From: Minisyncoccota bacterium
Lineage (GTDB): Bacteria > Patescibacteriota > Minisyncoccia > UBA6257 > 2-01-FULL-56-20
NCBI GenBank assembly: GCA_031291905.1
Contig: JARLIC010000137.1
Coordinates: 51,762-115,761, forward strand
Length of the DNA stretch: 64,000 nucleotides
Reading direction: 5' to 3'
The position numbers and the translations under genes are program-made. How positions within the stretch are numbered: position 1 is the first letter of the stretch; each line of letters begins with the position of its first letter. Positions 10,241 through 19,019 of the stretch are shown one piece after another. Under the pieces are notes generated by a model. The model ran no database searches and had not been told where the DNA came from. It saw nothing but the letters and a program-made list of their open reading frames with translations.

Positions 10241-10467
10241 GCCGTAGACAGGGCCTCTTTAAGCAGGAACTCCTGCTGCTTCCAATTCCACGACCCGCTC
10301 GCGATAGCCTTTTCGACTTCCTTGAACGGATCAGGGAACTGACGATCGATCCACTCCTGGAGGCAACCGAAGTCTCCAATGTCGAGCGGGTGAACCTTAT
10401 ATTCCTTGCCCTTGACCGTCATCGTCTTGGGCTGCGCCGTGAGTGCGGAAAGGTTATTCATGAGCAC
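9913..10467 (-). CDS. tail assembly chaperone (gpG-like)
   Basis: Acidic 184-aa protein between the tube protein and the tape-measure protein. Its 3' end is overlapped by a -1-frame ORF. Confidence 0.55.
   Translation of the reverse strand: MLMNNLSALTAQPKTMTVKGKEYKVHPLDIGDFGCLQEWIDRQFPDPFKEVEKAIASGSWNWKQQEFLLKEALSTACQPRHLIGTPEADKLLLSIEGVKQTLFLSIRKGDPTFTEADAEALFTEMSLVDAAMVGQATNIDMVATDPKPDELSMTPPSATSGSQASRRQRRASRKSTGGKSTTVR
10027..10033 (-). promoter_or_regulatory. candidate slippery heptamer C_CCA_AAA for the G/GT -1 frameshift
   Basis: Zero-frame codons are gac cca aaa ccc. The heptamer fits the X_XXY_YYZ form inside the overlap of the two frames. Confidence 0.35.
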
Positions 10468-10468
10468 C

Positions 10469-10882
10469 TTAACTGTAGGGGAAGAACTTGCTGTTGGATA
10501 CTAACGTGCAGGTGTATTTCACGACGTCCTTGATATCGATATTGGAGGCGAAGTTCGAGATGTCGAACAGCCCGTGTCCCATCACGGCTCCCGCATCGAG
10601 CCCGAGCACGGTCGGGCACGCCCTGATTCCCGAATAGAGGTTGAACATGAGGGCGCTGGGAATGCTGTCGACGTGGAACATTCCTTCGACGTTGACCGTG
10701 GTATTCGCCATCACCGGGATCTGGGTGTTGAACAGGATGTTCGCATCCCCGTCGTAGTTCGTGTTGTCAGTACTGTCCACCAGCGTGCGGGCGACGTCGA
10801 ATGTGTACTTCGTAATCGGGATGTTCGTCCCGTTGAAGGTAATATACGACTGCATGCCGACTCTTTTTCCATCTTCGCCCAT
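10469..10882 (-). CDS. major tail (tube) protein candidate
   Basis: 137-aa ORF directly upstream of the chaperone pair. Assigned by gene order only. Confidence 0.4.
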   Translation of the reverse strand: MGEDGKRVGMQSYITFNGTNIPITKYTFDVARTLVDSTDNTNYDGDANILFNTQIPVMANTTVNVEGMFHVDSIPSALMFNLYSGIRACPTVLGLDAGAVMGHGLFDISNFASNIDIKDVVKYTCTLVSNSKFFPYS

Positions 10883-10900
10883 CTCGACCCTCCCCCTTCG

Positions 10901-12454
10901 TCAGAAATACCGCTCGATGAAATACTCGAATTCGATGATGCGTTTGTAGAGGGTCACGTTTCCGCCGGGGCCGGTCGCCTTGAACTTCGGGAACTGGCGT
11001 TCGGTGCGGCGCAGATAGAGAAGGACGCCGTCGGAGAACACCAACGGGGCGTCCTGGAGCGAGGCGGCCACGGCGTCGGCCATCTGGCGGGCGAGCAATT
11101 TCTCGGTCGCGACGACTTCGATCAGGAAGACGCCGTTGATGATCGACCCATGTGCACCGCGTGAACTCCTGGATTCGTAGTCCTCGAACTCCCTCGGCTC
11201 GCTGAACACGACGTACGGCGGGTCGGTCTTGGGCAACTCGACGTCGGAGACGAACTTCTCGCCCGTCGGTGCCCCCTTGACGTCGCCGAACGCGGCGACG
11301 ATCGCCGGCTTGGTCCTCAGCCATGCGATACACGCGGCGATCAGATCCCACGGCTTGTCGTACCGCTGGTCGTCTGGCTGGAGGATCGACGTCTTGACCT
11401 GCGGAGCGGGCCACATCAGTGGAACGCGTCGCTTGGGGACGACCACGAACAGCGGATGCGGCCGGGGGTCGTGTCGCGGCGGCGGGACGACGAACTGAAG
11501 GAACTGGCTCGTGAAGACCCACGGCGCAGCCTTGCGGCCGCGAAGGCGGGGGACGACGATCGGATCGAAGACCGGGATGCTGCGGTAGGCGATCGGCGGT
11601 CGGGTCGCGACGACGATCGGAACGCGGAGAGCTTTCGATCCCTTGAGGCGGGATGGAACGACGGTCGGCTGGGTCGACCACTGGGGGGCCAGCTCGAATG
11701 CGTCGCCGGGCAGGATCGTGACGATCCCCTTGAGCCGGGGGCCTCGCGCTGGGCGGGCGACCACGATCGGGCTTGCCCCGCGAGGGCGGATCTGTCGCGT
11801 CGCGTCGAACGAAGAGTGCAGGACGATCGGCGATCGAAATCGGCGCCTTGAGGCCGCCGGAGTGGTTACTATCTGGGGCGAGGGAGGCGGGGCTTCGGCG
11901 ATGCCTCCGGGCAGGATCGTGACGATCCCCTTGAGCCGAGGGCCTCGCGTTGGACGGCGGACGACGACCGGAGGATGGGGGCTGGCCCCCTGATTAATCC
12001 CCCACTTGTACGCCGGATGGACGATGATCGCGGGGGCCGCACGACGCAACCGAGGCGGATCAACGACGACGATCTGGTTCGGCAGGCCGTCCTTCGGCGG
12101 CTGCGTGTACCGCGTGCGGACGATGATCGCACGGGGAAGCGGCTTGGGCCTGCGAGCGACGTTGACGCCGAGCCACGTCGGCTGAAGGGGCTTGGGAGAA
12201 CCACCTCCACCGCTTGGAGGAGGGGGCGTGGGGACGCCCGTGACGACCCGAGTCGACGTGATTTGGATCAGGTCGAACGGCGACGGGCGGCGCCGCGTGA
12301 CGTAGTTGACGCCGAACCAAGTCGGCTGGAGCGGCTTCGGCGAACCACCCGCACCGATCGGCGGCGGCGGGACGACCACCGTGGACGCCGGCGGACTGGG
12401 CGTGACGACCAGGATGCGGCGGCGTCGACTTCCGTACTGGTAGCGGATTCCCAT
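10901..12454 (-). CDS. Pro/Arg-rich repetitive N-terminal region fused to a tail-completion-like C-terminal domain
   Basis: GC3 is strongly biased in this frame. Internal repeats: GGSPKPLQPTW occurs twice and RGPRLKGIVTILPG twice. The C-terminal 150 aa are globular (VVFSEPREFEDYE...KRIIEFEYFIERYF). Confidence 0.5.
   Translation of the reverse strand: MGIRYQYGSRRRRILVVTPSPPASTVVVPPPPIGAGGSPKPLQPTWFGVNYVTRRRPSPFDLIQITSTRVVTGVPTPPPPSGGGGSPKPLQPTWLGVNVARRPKPLPRAIIVRTRYTQPPKDGLPNQIVVVDPPRLRRAAPAIIVHPAYKWGINQGASPHPPVVVRRPTRGPRLKGIVTILPGGIAEAPPPSPQIVTTPAASRRRFRSPIVLHSSFDATRQIRPRGASPIVVARPARGPRLKGIVTILPGDAFELAPQWSTQPTVVPSRLKGSKALRVPIVVATRPPIAYRSIPVFDPIVVPRLRGRKAAPWVFTSQFLQFVVPPPRHDPRPHPLFVVVPKRRVPLMWPAPQVKTSILQPDDQRYDKPWDLIAACIAWLRTKPAIVAAFGDVKGAPTGEKFVSDVELPKTDPPYVVFSEPREFEDYESRSSRGAHGSIINGVFLIEVVATEKLLARQMADAVAASLQDAPLVFSDGVLLYLRRTERQFPKFKATGPGGNVTLYKRIIEFEYFIERYF
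11708..11949 (-). repeat. near-identical 41-bp direct repeat (11708-11748 and 11909-11949) inside the CDS
   Basis: gggcaggatcgtgacgatccccttgagccg(g/a)gggcctcgcg occurs twice. Confidence 0.7.
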
Positions 12455-12561
12455 GTTCTACAGGCCCACCGCCATACGGGGAGGTTGTCATGGATGTGAA
12501 GAAAGCGGGGAGGAGATGCGGGGGCGGCTGAAGCCGGAGCCCCGCTGAACGAACGCGGGCG

Positions 12562-13020
12562 TCACTCCTCGTAGCGGACGCCGCCGATGCAGTTGACCTG
12601 CGCCGTGGTCGTCACCTTGAGGCCGAGGATCGTGCCGCCGGGGACCATGTCTTCCTGGCCCGGGGGCAACGGGTAGATGACCAGGCCGCCGAAGACCGGG
12701 ATCGGATAGACGTGCAGCACGTCGCCCGAGGTGGGAGCCCCGGTCTGCGTGTTCTTGCTGACGGCCTGGAGCACCTCGCCGACGCTCGAAGGGTCGTTGA
12801 CCTTCTTGGGGGGGACGCTAGTGTTGGTGAACGAGCCGCCGGCCTGACGCTCGACGACCAGCGTGCCCGGCGCGTTGGCACTGTTGGTGCCGTCGAAGCC
12901 GACCTCGTAGCCGAGGATGCGGAGCCTCTGATTGGGGGGAGCGACGAGCTGCATCACCGTCAGGGTATTGGCGTTGATGTTCGCCGTGGTCCAGGTCGCG
13001 TAGCCGATCAAACCAGCCAT
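12562..13020 (-). CDS. hypothetical neck/tail structural protein
   Basis: ORF 12562..13086 with internal start MAGLIGYATW at 13020. Confidence 0.45.
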   Translation of the reverse strand: MAGLIGYATWTTANINANTLTVMQLVAPPNQRLRILGYEVGFDGTNSANAPGTLVVERQAGGSFTNTSVPPKKVNDPSSVGEVLQAVSKNTQTGAPTSGDVLHVYPIPVFGGLVIYPLPPGQEDMVPGGTILGLKVTTTAQVNCIGGVRYEE

Positions 13021-13165
13021 GATGTGGAACCTCTTGATATGCGGAGGGATGGGAAAAGGCGGGGAACGAACGGGCCGAGGCTCCACGTTGGAACTGGCCG
13101 CCCGGCACGCCCGTCGAAGACGGGGTGTTTTGGAAGTGGGAAGGGGAAGTGGAGGCGAAGCCGCC

Positions 13166-13912
13166 TCAGTCGGGATGGTAGTACTGAAAAGGGATGGGCA
13201 CGACGACGGGCCGGCGTGGGGGGAGGACGATGGCTCCGCTGGCGTTGACCAGGAGGTCGTCCATGAACACGCGGCTCGACGTGTTGTTCGCCTGTGCGGC
13301 GAACCCGTAGTAGCCGCCCGACGTGATGTCCGAGGCGGTGAGCGACGAGATCACGTTCACGGAAGTCGGCTGAAACGCACCGCTCGAATCCATCGTGTAG
13401 CCGTCGCTCATCCGAGTGAGAGTGACGTTGAAGATGTTCAGGCCGTACGTGACGACGCGGATCGCGTACCAACTGCCCTGGATGAGCGAACTGTCAGAGT
13501 TGGTGACGGACGCCAGGGTTGTGACCGTGCCGTTGACGATCTTGTCGAACTGGAGGTGAGCCCCCGTGAACGCGTTGTTGTACGCCAGATTCACCCAGTA
13601 GGCCGACGTGGTCGAGTTGTCCATCGTCGCGGCCGAGCACCGCATCGTCGGCCCGACCTTGTACAAGCCGACCGTCGCCGAGGAAGTGACGTAGACCATG
13701 CCCGTCAGGTCGAACGTGGCGCCGGCGCCGGGGTCGGCGATGCCGCTGGTCGCGTAATATTTGGTTCCCGCCGTGCCACTCGACAGCACCAAGCTGTTCG
13801 GCGACGAAAAGAATTGAGCGGCCGACGTGACCATCCCCGCGTCGTTGTTCCAGTTCGCCGGGATCGCGGGCGGCGTGACCGAGTCCCAATTTCCAACCAG
13901 AGAAAACGCCAT
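13166..13912 (-). CDS. Ser/Thr-rich structural protein
   Basis: 248 aa, very S/T/N-rich and beta-rich in composition. Confidence 0.5.
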   Translation of the reverse strand: MAFSLVGNWDSVTPPAIPANWNNDAGMVTSAAQFFSSPNSLVLSSGTAGTKYYATSGIADPGAGATFDLTGMVYVTSSATVGLYKVGPTMRCSAATMDNSTTSAYWVNLAYNNAFTGAHLQFDKIVNGTVTTLASVTNSDSSLIQGSWYAIRVVTYGLNIFNVTLTRMSDGYTMDSSGAFQPTSVNVISSLTASDITSGGYYGFAAQANNTSSRVFMDDLLVNASGAIVLPPRRPVVVPIPFQYYHPD

Positions 13913-13915
13913 GGA

Positions 13916-14257
13916 TCAAGTCTTCTCCTGACACGAAGCCCACCATTGGGCGGCGGGGACGGCCGGGGCGGTGTAGCCGACGACCTGATAGATCCGCGTA
14001 CGTCCCGCGCCGTCGACCCAAACAAGCACGTCTTTTGAACTCAGATCCGCGTCGTCAAGGAAGTAGATTTTCGTCGGATTGAACTCGATAGTCCGATTCA
14101 TTCCAGTTTCATCGCTGGTGTCGACGATCGTCCGGGCCTCTCCGGGCTGAACGAAGCAACGGAGCGATTGCGAGGACGTGGACGACGCGACTCTCGCCCC
14201 GCCGTCCTGATCGGCACCGAACGCATTGTGTTGCACCGTGACCGTATGAGGAGCCAT
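13916..14257 (-). CDS. hypothetical head-tail joining protein
   Basis: ORF 13916..14278 with Met MAPHTVTV at 14257. Small protein between connector-like and neck genes. Confidence 0.4.
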   Translation of the reverse strand: MAPHTVTVQHNAFGADQDGGARVASSTSSQSLRCFVQPGEARTIVDTSDETGMNRTIEFNPTKIYFLDDADLSSKDVLVWVDGAGRTRIYQVVGYTAPAVPAAQWWASCQEKT

Positions 14258-14281
14258 GCGGGCGGAAGGTCGTCTCATGGG

Positions 14282-15529
14282 TTACGCTCGATGGGAAACG
14301 TAGAGGGCGAGATCCTGACGGACGGGGTCCGGGATCGCCAGGTTCATAAGGTCGTTGATCTCGTACGAGTAATAGCCCGTCGACTCTTTCTTGACCGCGT
14401 AATCGAGGTTGATCCGCGAATACACGGTCTTGACGAGGTCGATCGCCGCCGTCTGGATGACCGTCGGGATCGTGGTGAACCCCGCGTCGTAGATCACGCG
14501 GACCACGTCGTTGGAGTGGTCGATGCTGGAGTCGAGACCCTGCATCCAGCCCGGCCCCCACATCGAGCCGAAGCCGTCGCTGAAGCCCACGCCGGGCGTG
14601 ACCAGCAGTCCGGTTCGTCGGTCCAGCCGCGACGTCGACACGTCCTCGCTGAACACCTGGAGCTGGACGCCGTCCGACAAGGCTCCCTGGGAGGTTCCGT
14701 CGCAATAAATTTCCGACACCGGCCAGCGTCCGTAGCCCATGGGGTCGACTGTGGCTTTCCACCCCGAGACCGCGTTGACGGCTGCGGCGAGGTCGTTGAT
14801 CGTCGCGAGGCCGGCGAACAGGATCGGGGTCGACGACGCGATCCCATAGGACGCACCGGCGAGGTTGAGACCCGTGTACGAAACGCTGAATGGGTTGGGG
14901 AGAACCACGTCCACGGTGCTGAAGTCGACGTAGGCCACCTGATAGGCCGAAGGGTCGGCGGTGATCGTGATCGCCGTTCGCGGGCTCCGCGACACGCGGA
15001 CGGCCCGATGCACGGGCATCTCCGAAAGCATCACTTCGCCGTCAAGCGTCGGGCTCAGGTATTCGGTGTACTCGCGTCGTGAAAACGTCCGGTTGCAGTA
15101 GCGGCGGATCTTCTCGGTGACGCCCTGGAGGATCAGCGGCAGCATCGCCACCTTGGCGGGATCGGCCGCGATGTCGGGGTTGAGAGCGAGGGCCGAAGCG
15201 GCCGAAACCAGCACGTCGTATTGCGGCTGATTGCCTGGTGCGGCGACGACTTCCAGAAGCCCGAAGGCGAGTTCGCCGTTGTTCGACGCGAGCCGGACGT
15301 GGACGGCATAGCCGCCGGGGGCGAGTGAAGCCGTTTGAGCGGCCGTCAGCGACAGCAGGATGTTCGGAGGACCGGCCGCCGCGAACGTGGGCGTGAACGT
15401 GATCAACGCCGCGTCGGTCAGCCCAGTGGAGACCGTCGCCGCCAGGATCGCGGTGGACGCGAGCGGGCACGCCGTAACGACGATCGGCGTCTTCGCCGCC
15501 TGACCTTGGACCACCTGCCACGTAAACAT
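14282..15529 (-). CDS. Ig-like N-domain fused to gp6-like head-tail connector domain
   Basis: Middle segment LILQGVTEKIRRYCNRTF resembles the gp6-like connector signature. N-terminal ~100 aa are Ala/Thr-rich and beta-rich. Confidence 0.45.
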   Translation of the reverse strand: MFTWQVVQGQAAKTPIVVTACPLASTAILAATVSTGLTDAALITFTPTFAAAGPPNILLSLTAAQTASLAPGGYAVHVRLASNNGELAFGLLEVVAAPGNQPQYDVLVSAASALALNPDIAADPAKVAMLPLILQGVTEKIRRYCNRTFSRREYTEYLSPTLDGEVMLSEMPVHRAVRVSRSPRTAITITADPSAYQVAYVDFSTVDVVLPNPFSVSYTGLNLAGASYGIASSTPILFAGLATINDLAAAVNAVSGWKATVDPMGYGRWPVSEIYCDGTSQGALSDGVQLQVFSEDVSTSRLDRRTGLLVTPGVGFSDGFGSMWGPGWMQGLDSSIDHSNDVVRVIYDAGFTTIPTVIQTAAIDLVKTVYSRINLDYAVKKESTGYYSYEINDLMNLAIPDPVRQDLALYVSHRA

Positions 15530-15701
15530 GCGTAATCCTCAATCCAGGCGGTCGAAGTCAACTGCAATTACACGGGGCGGTGGGGCTCGTCGGCGTCGGA
15601 ATATACGCGGCGAACGGCAGCGAACACGGAATGGGATCGACGACCCCGCCGGCGCCCATGCCGAGGTTCGACAGAAAGTAGATGATCATGACGAAGCCTC
15701 C

Positions 15702-17057
15702 TCAGACGAGGACGTATGCGACCTCGCCGGACACCGAGACGGCGCCAGAGAGGTTGATGTTCAAGGCCGCACTACTCGCCGTCCTGAAACGGCCGATCGG
15801 AGAGTATGAGCCGCCCGCCGAAGCGTACTGAATCATGTAGCGAAGACCCGAGATGTCGGTCGTGGCCGACTGCCACTTGACGTTGACGGTTCCGTTCGCG
15901 GTCGCCGACCATTGGAGGACGACGATCTGCTTGCCGGCCGACGACGCGACGACCTGCGTGTTGCCCGATGAGCTGGCGGTGAAGGTCGCGTATAGCGGCG
16001 CCGTCGGGACCGCCCCGCTATAGAGCGTGCTGACGTCGTCGGCGTTGGCGATCTTGCCGATCAGGTTCGTCCCGGCCGCGACGCCTACCGGGTTCGTGAT
16101 CGTGCCGACCGTCGTGACGTTGGTCACGGTGCCGACCGTGGTCACGGTCGCCAACGTCTGGGCGGAAGCAATGCTGACCGTCGCTAGCAGGTTCGCGGCG
16201 TTGGATTGAGCCACCGTCACCGGGTTAGTGATCCCCGTGACCGCCGTGACGGTCGAGACCGTGGCGAGCGTCTGGGCGGCGGCCAGAGAGACGGTCGCAT
16301 TCAGGTTGGAAGCGGTCGGCTGAGCCACGGTGACCGGGTTCGTGACGCTGGTGACGGCCCCGACGGTCCCCACGTTCGTGACGGTCGCTAGGGTCTGGGC
16401 CGCCGCGATGGACACGGTCGCGTTGAGGTTGGACGCCGTGGGCTGCGAGACCGTCACGGCGTTGGTGATCGTGCCGACCGTGCCGACGTTGGTGACCGTA
16501 GCAAGGGTTTGCGCCGAAGCGATCGAGACCGTGGCGTTGAGATTGGCTGCGGTGGGCTGTGCGACAGTAACGGGATTGGTGATCCCCGTCACGGCGGTCA
16601 CGGTCGACACCGTGCCGACGGTCGTCACTGTCCCGAGCGTCTGCCCTGATGCGATGTTCGCCGTGCAAAGCAGACTGGAGGCCGTCGGCTGCACGACCGT
16701 CACCGGATTGGTGATCGACGTGATCGAGGAGATCGCCCCGACGCTGACGGTCCCGCTGATCGCGGCGAGCACCGTCAGTTGGCCGCTGCTGTTGACGACC
16801 GCCGTGTTGCCCCCCTGCTTGATCGACATGACCCAGGGGTTGGTGTTCGGCGTATCGCCGGGGTTGACGACCCACGTCCCATCCTGCACCACGGGCATGC
16901 CGTTTCCGACCTGGACTGGCTGGGCGACAGCCGCATTGTCGGTGACGCTCGTCATGAAGACCATGGCGGCGGGCGCGTAAGCCTCGCCCGCCGCCGTCTT
17001 GTAGGTGACGAGCTTGGCGCCGCCTGCCCCGGCATTGAGTTCAATGTTCGTGGACAA
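15702..17057 (-). CDS. fibrous protein with 7-8 tandem ~37-aa repeats (NPVTVAQPTASNLNATVSIAAAQTLATVTNVGTVG)
   Basis: Repeats are visible in the translation and as ~111-bp DNA tandem repeats. Confidence 0.7.
   Translation of the reverse strand: MSTNIELNAGAGGAKLVTYKTAAGEAYAPAAMVFMTSVTDNAAVAQPVQVGNGMPVVQDGTWVVNPGDTPNTNPWVMSIKQGGNTAVVNSSGQLTVLAAISGTVSVGAISSITSITNPVTVVQPTASSLLCTANIASGQTLGTVTTVGTVSTVTAVTGITNPVTVAQPTAANLNATVSIASAQTLATVTNVGTVGTITNAVTVSQPTASNLNATVSIAAAQTLATVTNVGTVGAVTSVTNPVTVAQPTASNLNATVSLAAAQTLATVSTVTAVTGITNPVTVAQSNAANLLATVSIASAQTLATVTTVGTVTNVTTVGTITNPVGVAAGTNLIGKIANADDVSTLYSGAVPTAPLYATFTASSSGNTQVVASSAGKQIVVLQWSATANGTVNVKWQSATTDISGLRYMIQYASAGGSYSPIGRFRTASSAALNINLSGAVSVSGEVAYVLV
16030..16800 (-). 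repeat. ~111-bp tandem DNA repeats encoding the 37-aa protein repeats
   Basis: Recurring gtgaccg..gtgacggtcg..accgtggc..gtctgggc.. blocks. Confidence 0.7.
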
Positions 17058-17060
17058 CGC

Positions 17061-18656
17061 TCAGCACTCCGAATTGAAAATATAATTGTTCGTCACATTG
17101 GTGGTGAGCGAGGCCACGAACTTGGGGACGACCCCTCCCCGCAGTGCGGTCGCCAACGCGGACGGGTCGCCGGTCGCACCGCCGAAGGTGTCGATGTAGC
17201 AGACGCCATTCGCGGCGGCGGGTCTCGCCGTGACGCGGACCGTCACCCAGCCGGCGGCGGACGGCGTGAACGTCGTGAGCGACAGTTGGTTCCAGGTCCC
17301 CGTGTTGGCGGGCGCCGTGGTTGAGGCCGCCGAAACGCCGATGGCCGGCTCGGCGAGCACCTCGAAGACGGGAGGCGTCGCCGTGCCGTAGTTCGCGTCA
17401 GCGTTGGTGTAGATCGTCAGCGTGGTTGCGGACGCCGCGACCGGAACGCGCCACTCTTGCGTTCCGGGTCCGGGGCCGAGCTTCTCGGCCGCCGATCCCG
17501 CCTGGACTGTTCCGGTCTGGACCGTCGCCGTATCCTGTCGGCCGAAGCAGCCGACTTGCATCAAGAGCGATCCGCTGCCGGCCGGGACCATGCGGCCGCT
17601 GATGTCGACCGCAGGAGGGGTCCCCCCGTTGCCGAATCCAAGCTGCGGACTGCCGTCGAGCGGCTCCATGAACGGCCGAGGCGAAAGGCCAACCAGACGC
17701 TCGCCGCCGAAGTTCAGTCGCGGGTTGGCCGCGATCCGGGAGTGGGCTCCGATGGACACCGCCGTCCGGGGAGTGGTGACGTAGAAATCGTTGTAATCCT
17801 CGTCGATCACCGACGTGTTGTTGGCTGAAACGCTGCCGTTGAAGAAATAGCAGCCGTAGATCCCTATCTTCGTGGTCAAGGTGACGGCCGAACTGGTGTA
17901 GGCGGAAGCGCCCCCGCCGAAGACGAAACTGCAATTCTGGATCGTCTGGCCGGTTGCGAGGAATGAGCCGGAGCCCGTCTGCGTAAGGCGGGCGCCGGAG
18001 CCGCCGCCATAGAACAGGCTGTTTTGGATGAGGTTGCCCAGGCTATATTCAGCGGTGTGGAGCGGCGGCCGAATTTCCACGCCAATCCCGCCGGTAGGCG
18101 AGACGACCGTGTTTTGTGTGAACGTCAAGTTCATCGCCGCGCCAGCCGTGCCGTCGAACCAGCAGGTGACCGTTTTGAGTTGATGGGGGATGAGAATGCA
18201 ATTCGCAACCGTCCAGTTGGACCACACCCCCGTGACATACAGGGCGCACGCCGCCTGAGACGTGTTCGATCCTGTGATCTGGAAACCTTGGATCGTGACG
18301 TAACTCTTTCCGGTCGCGTAGAGCGTCGCCGTGGCCGTGAGCGCCGTCGTGTCGTTCGACCAGCCGAGCCACTCCACCTGGCCGGTGGCCGGCGTGGCGT
18401 AACCGCCGGCGAGAAACCCTGTCCCGTCGCAGTCGCCGATGATCGAGAGCGGCCCGGCGAGCGTCGGCGACAGGCTGAGCGTCACGATCTCGCGATACGG
18501 AGTACCCGGCTCTACGTAGACGACGTCGCCCGTGCCCGACAGGGTGATTTTGGGAGTAGGCCCGATCGCGGCGCCAATGGTTTGCCATGGGTTCGTTGCG
18601 GAACCTGTGCCTGTACTGTCGCTGCCCCTGGAACTGCTGACGTAGTACAAAGCCAT
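17061..18656 (-). CDS. right-handed beta-helix (pectate-lyase-like) fibre/spike protein
   Basis: N-terminus SSRGSDSTGTGSATNPWQTIGAAIG is the hallmark start of beta-helix spike proteins. The sequence is Gly/Thr/Asn-rich. Real start is probably MALYYV at 18656. Confidence 0.6.
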   Translation of the reverse strand: MALYYVSSSRGSDSTGTGSATNPWQTIGAAIGPTPKITLSGTGDVVYVEPGTPYREIVTLSLSPTLAGPLSIIGDCDGTGFLAGGYATPATGQVEWLGWSNDTTALTATATLYATGKSYVTIQGFQITGSNTSQAACALYVTGVWSNWTVANCILIPHQLKTVTCWFDGTAGAAMNLTFTQNTVVSPTGGIGVEIRPPLHTAEYSLGNLIQNSLFYGGGSGARLTQTGSGSFLATGQTIQNCSFVFGGGASAYTSSAVTLTTKIGIYGCYFFNGSVSANNTSVIDEDYNDFYVTTPRTAVSIGAHSRIAANPRLNFGGERLVGLSPRPFMEPLDGSPQLGFGNGGTPPAVDISGRMVPAGSGSLLMQVGCFGRQDTATVQTGTVQAGSAAEKLGPGPGTQEWRVPVAASATTLTIYTNADANYGTATPPVFEVLAEPAIGVSAASTTAPANTGTWNQLSLTTFTPSAAGWVTVRVTARPAAANGVCYIDTFGGATGDPSALATALRGGVVPKFVASLTTNVTNNYIFNSEC

Positions 18657-18907
18657 CAGGCAACCCCTTTCGCTAGAGCCGCCATGCGAGGGGCGACTTC
18701 GGAGAGAAGTGCGGCGAGGGCTTCCGAAGGTAGGTTTTCCAGGAGATCCGAAACGAGAACGGCCGAATTCCCGGTGCAATCAACGAGCATTTCGCCGGTA
18801 ACAGAGTCGCAGAAGCCGATTTCGATCTTGTAGTCGTTTTTCAAAACGATCGACTTTGGACCCGGTATCGACGAAAGCACGTATGGATTAAGATCCATGC
18901 TGATCAA
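18656..18907 (-). CDS. small hypothetical protein
   Basis: 83-aa ORF. Its stop overlaps the next gene's start. Confidence 0.4.
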   Translation of the reverse strand: MISMDLNPYVLSSIPGPKSIVLKNDYKIEIGFCDSVTGEMLVDCTGNSAVLVSDLLENLPSEALAALLSEVAPRMAALAKGVA

Positions 18908-18970
18908 CCTCGCGATATGATTCGCCGAACGGCGGGGTGGGGCGGGCCTTGCTGAATTGCAAGAGATTTG

Positions 18971-18989
18971 GTAGGATCACCGATCCTAC
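18971..18989. promoter_or_regulatory. perfect palindrome GTAGGATC-acc-GATCCTAC in divergent intergenic region
   Basis: Read directly between divergent gene starts at 18907 and 19020. Confidence 0.35.
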
Positions 18990-19019
18990 TTCTAAACTGC
19001 AAGGCTTGGAGCAAGACAA

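Noticed and set aside
12060-12499. ORFs 11975-12499(+) and 12060-12491(-) overlapping the Pro-rich region.
   Set aside because: Arg-rich shadow frames. The 517-aa frame has the coding-like GC3 bias.
16030-16800. Tandem ~111-bp repeats considered as a CRISPR-like array.
   Set aside because: Units are contiguous with no spacers, are in-frame inside a CDS, and encode a repeated peptide.
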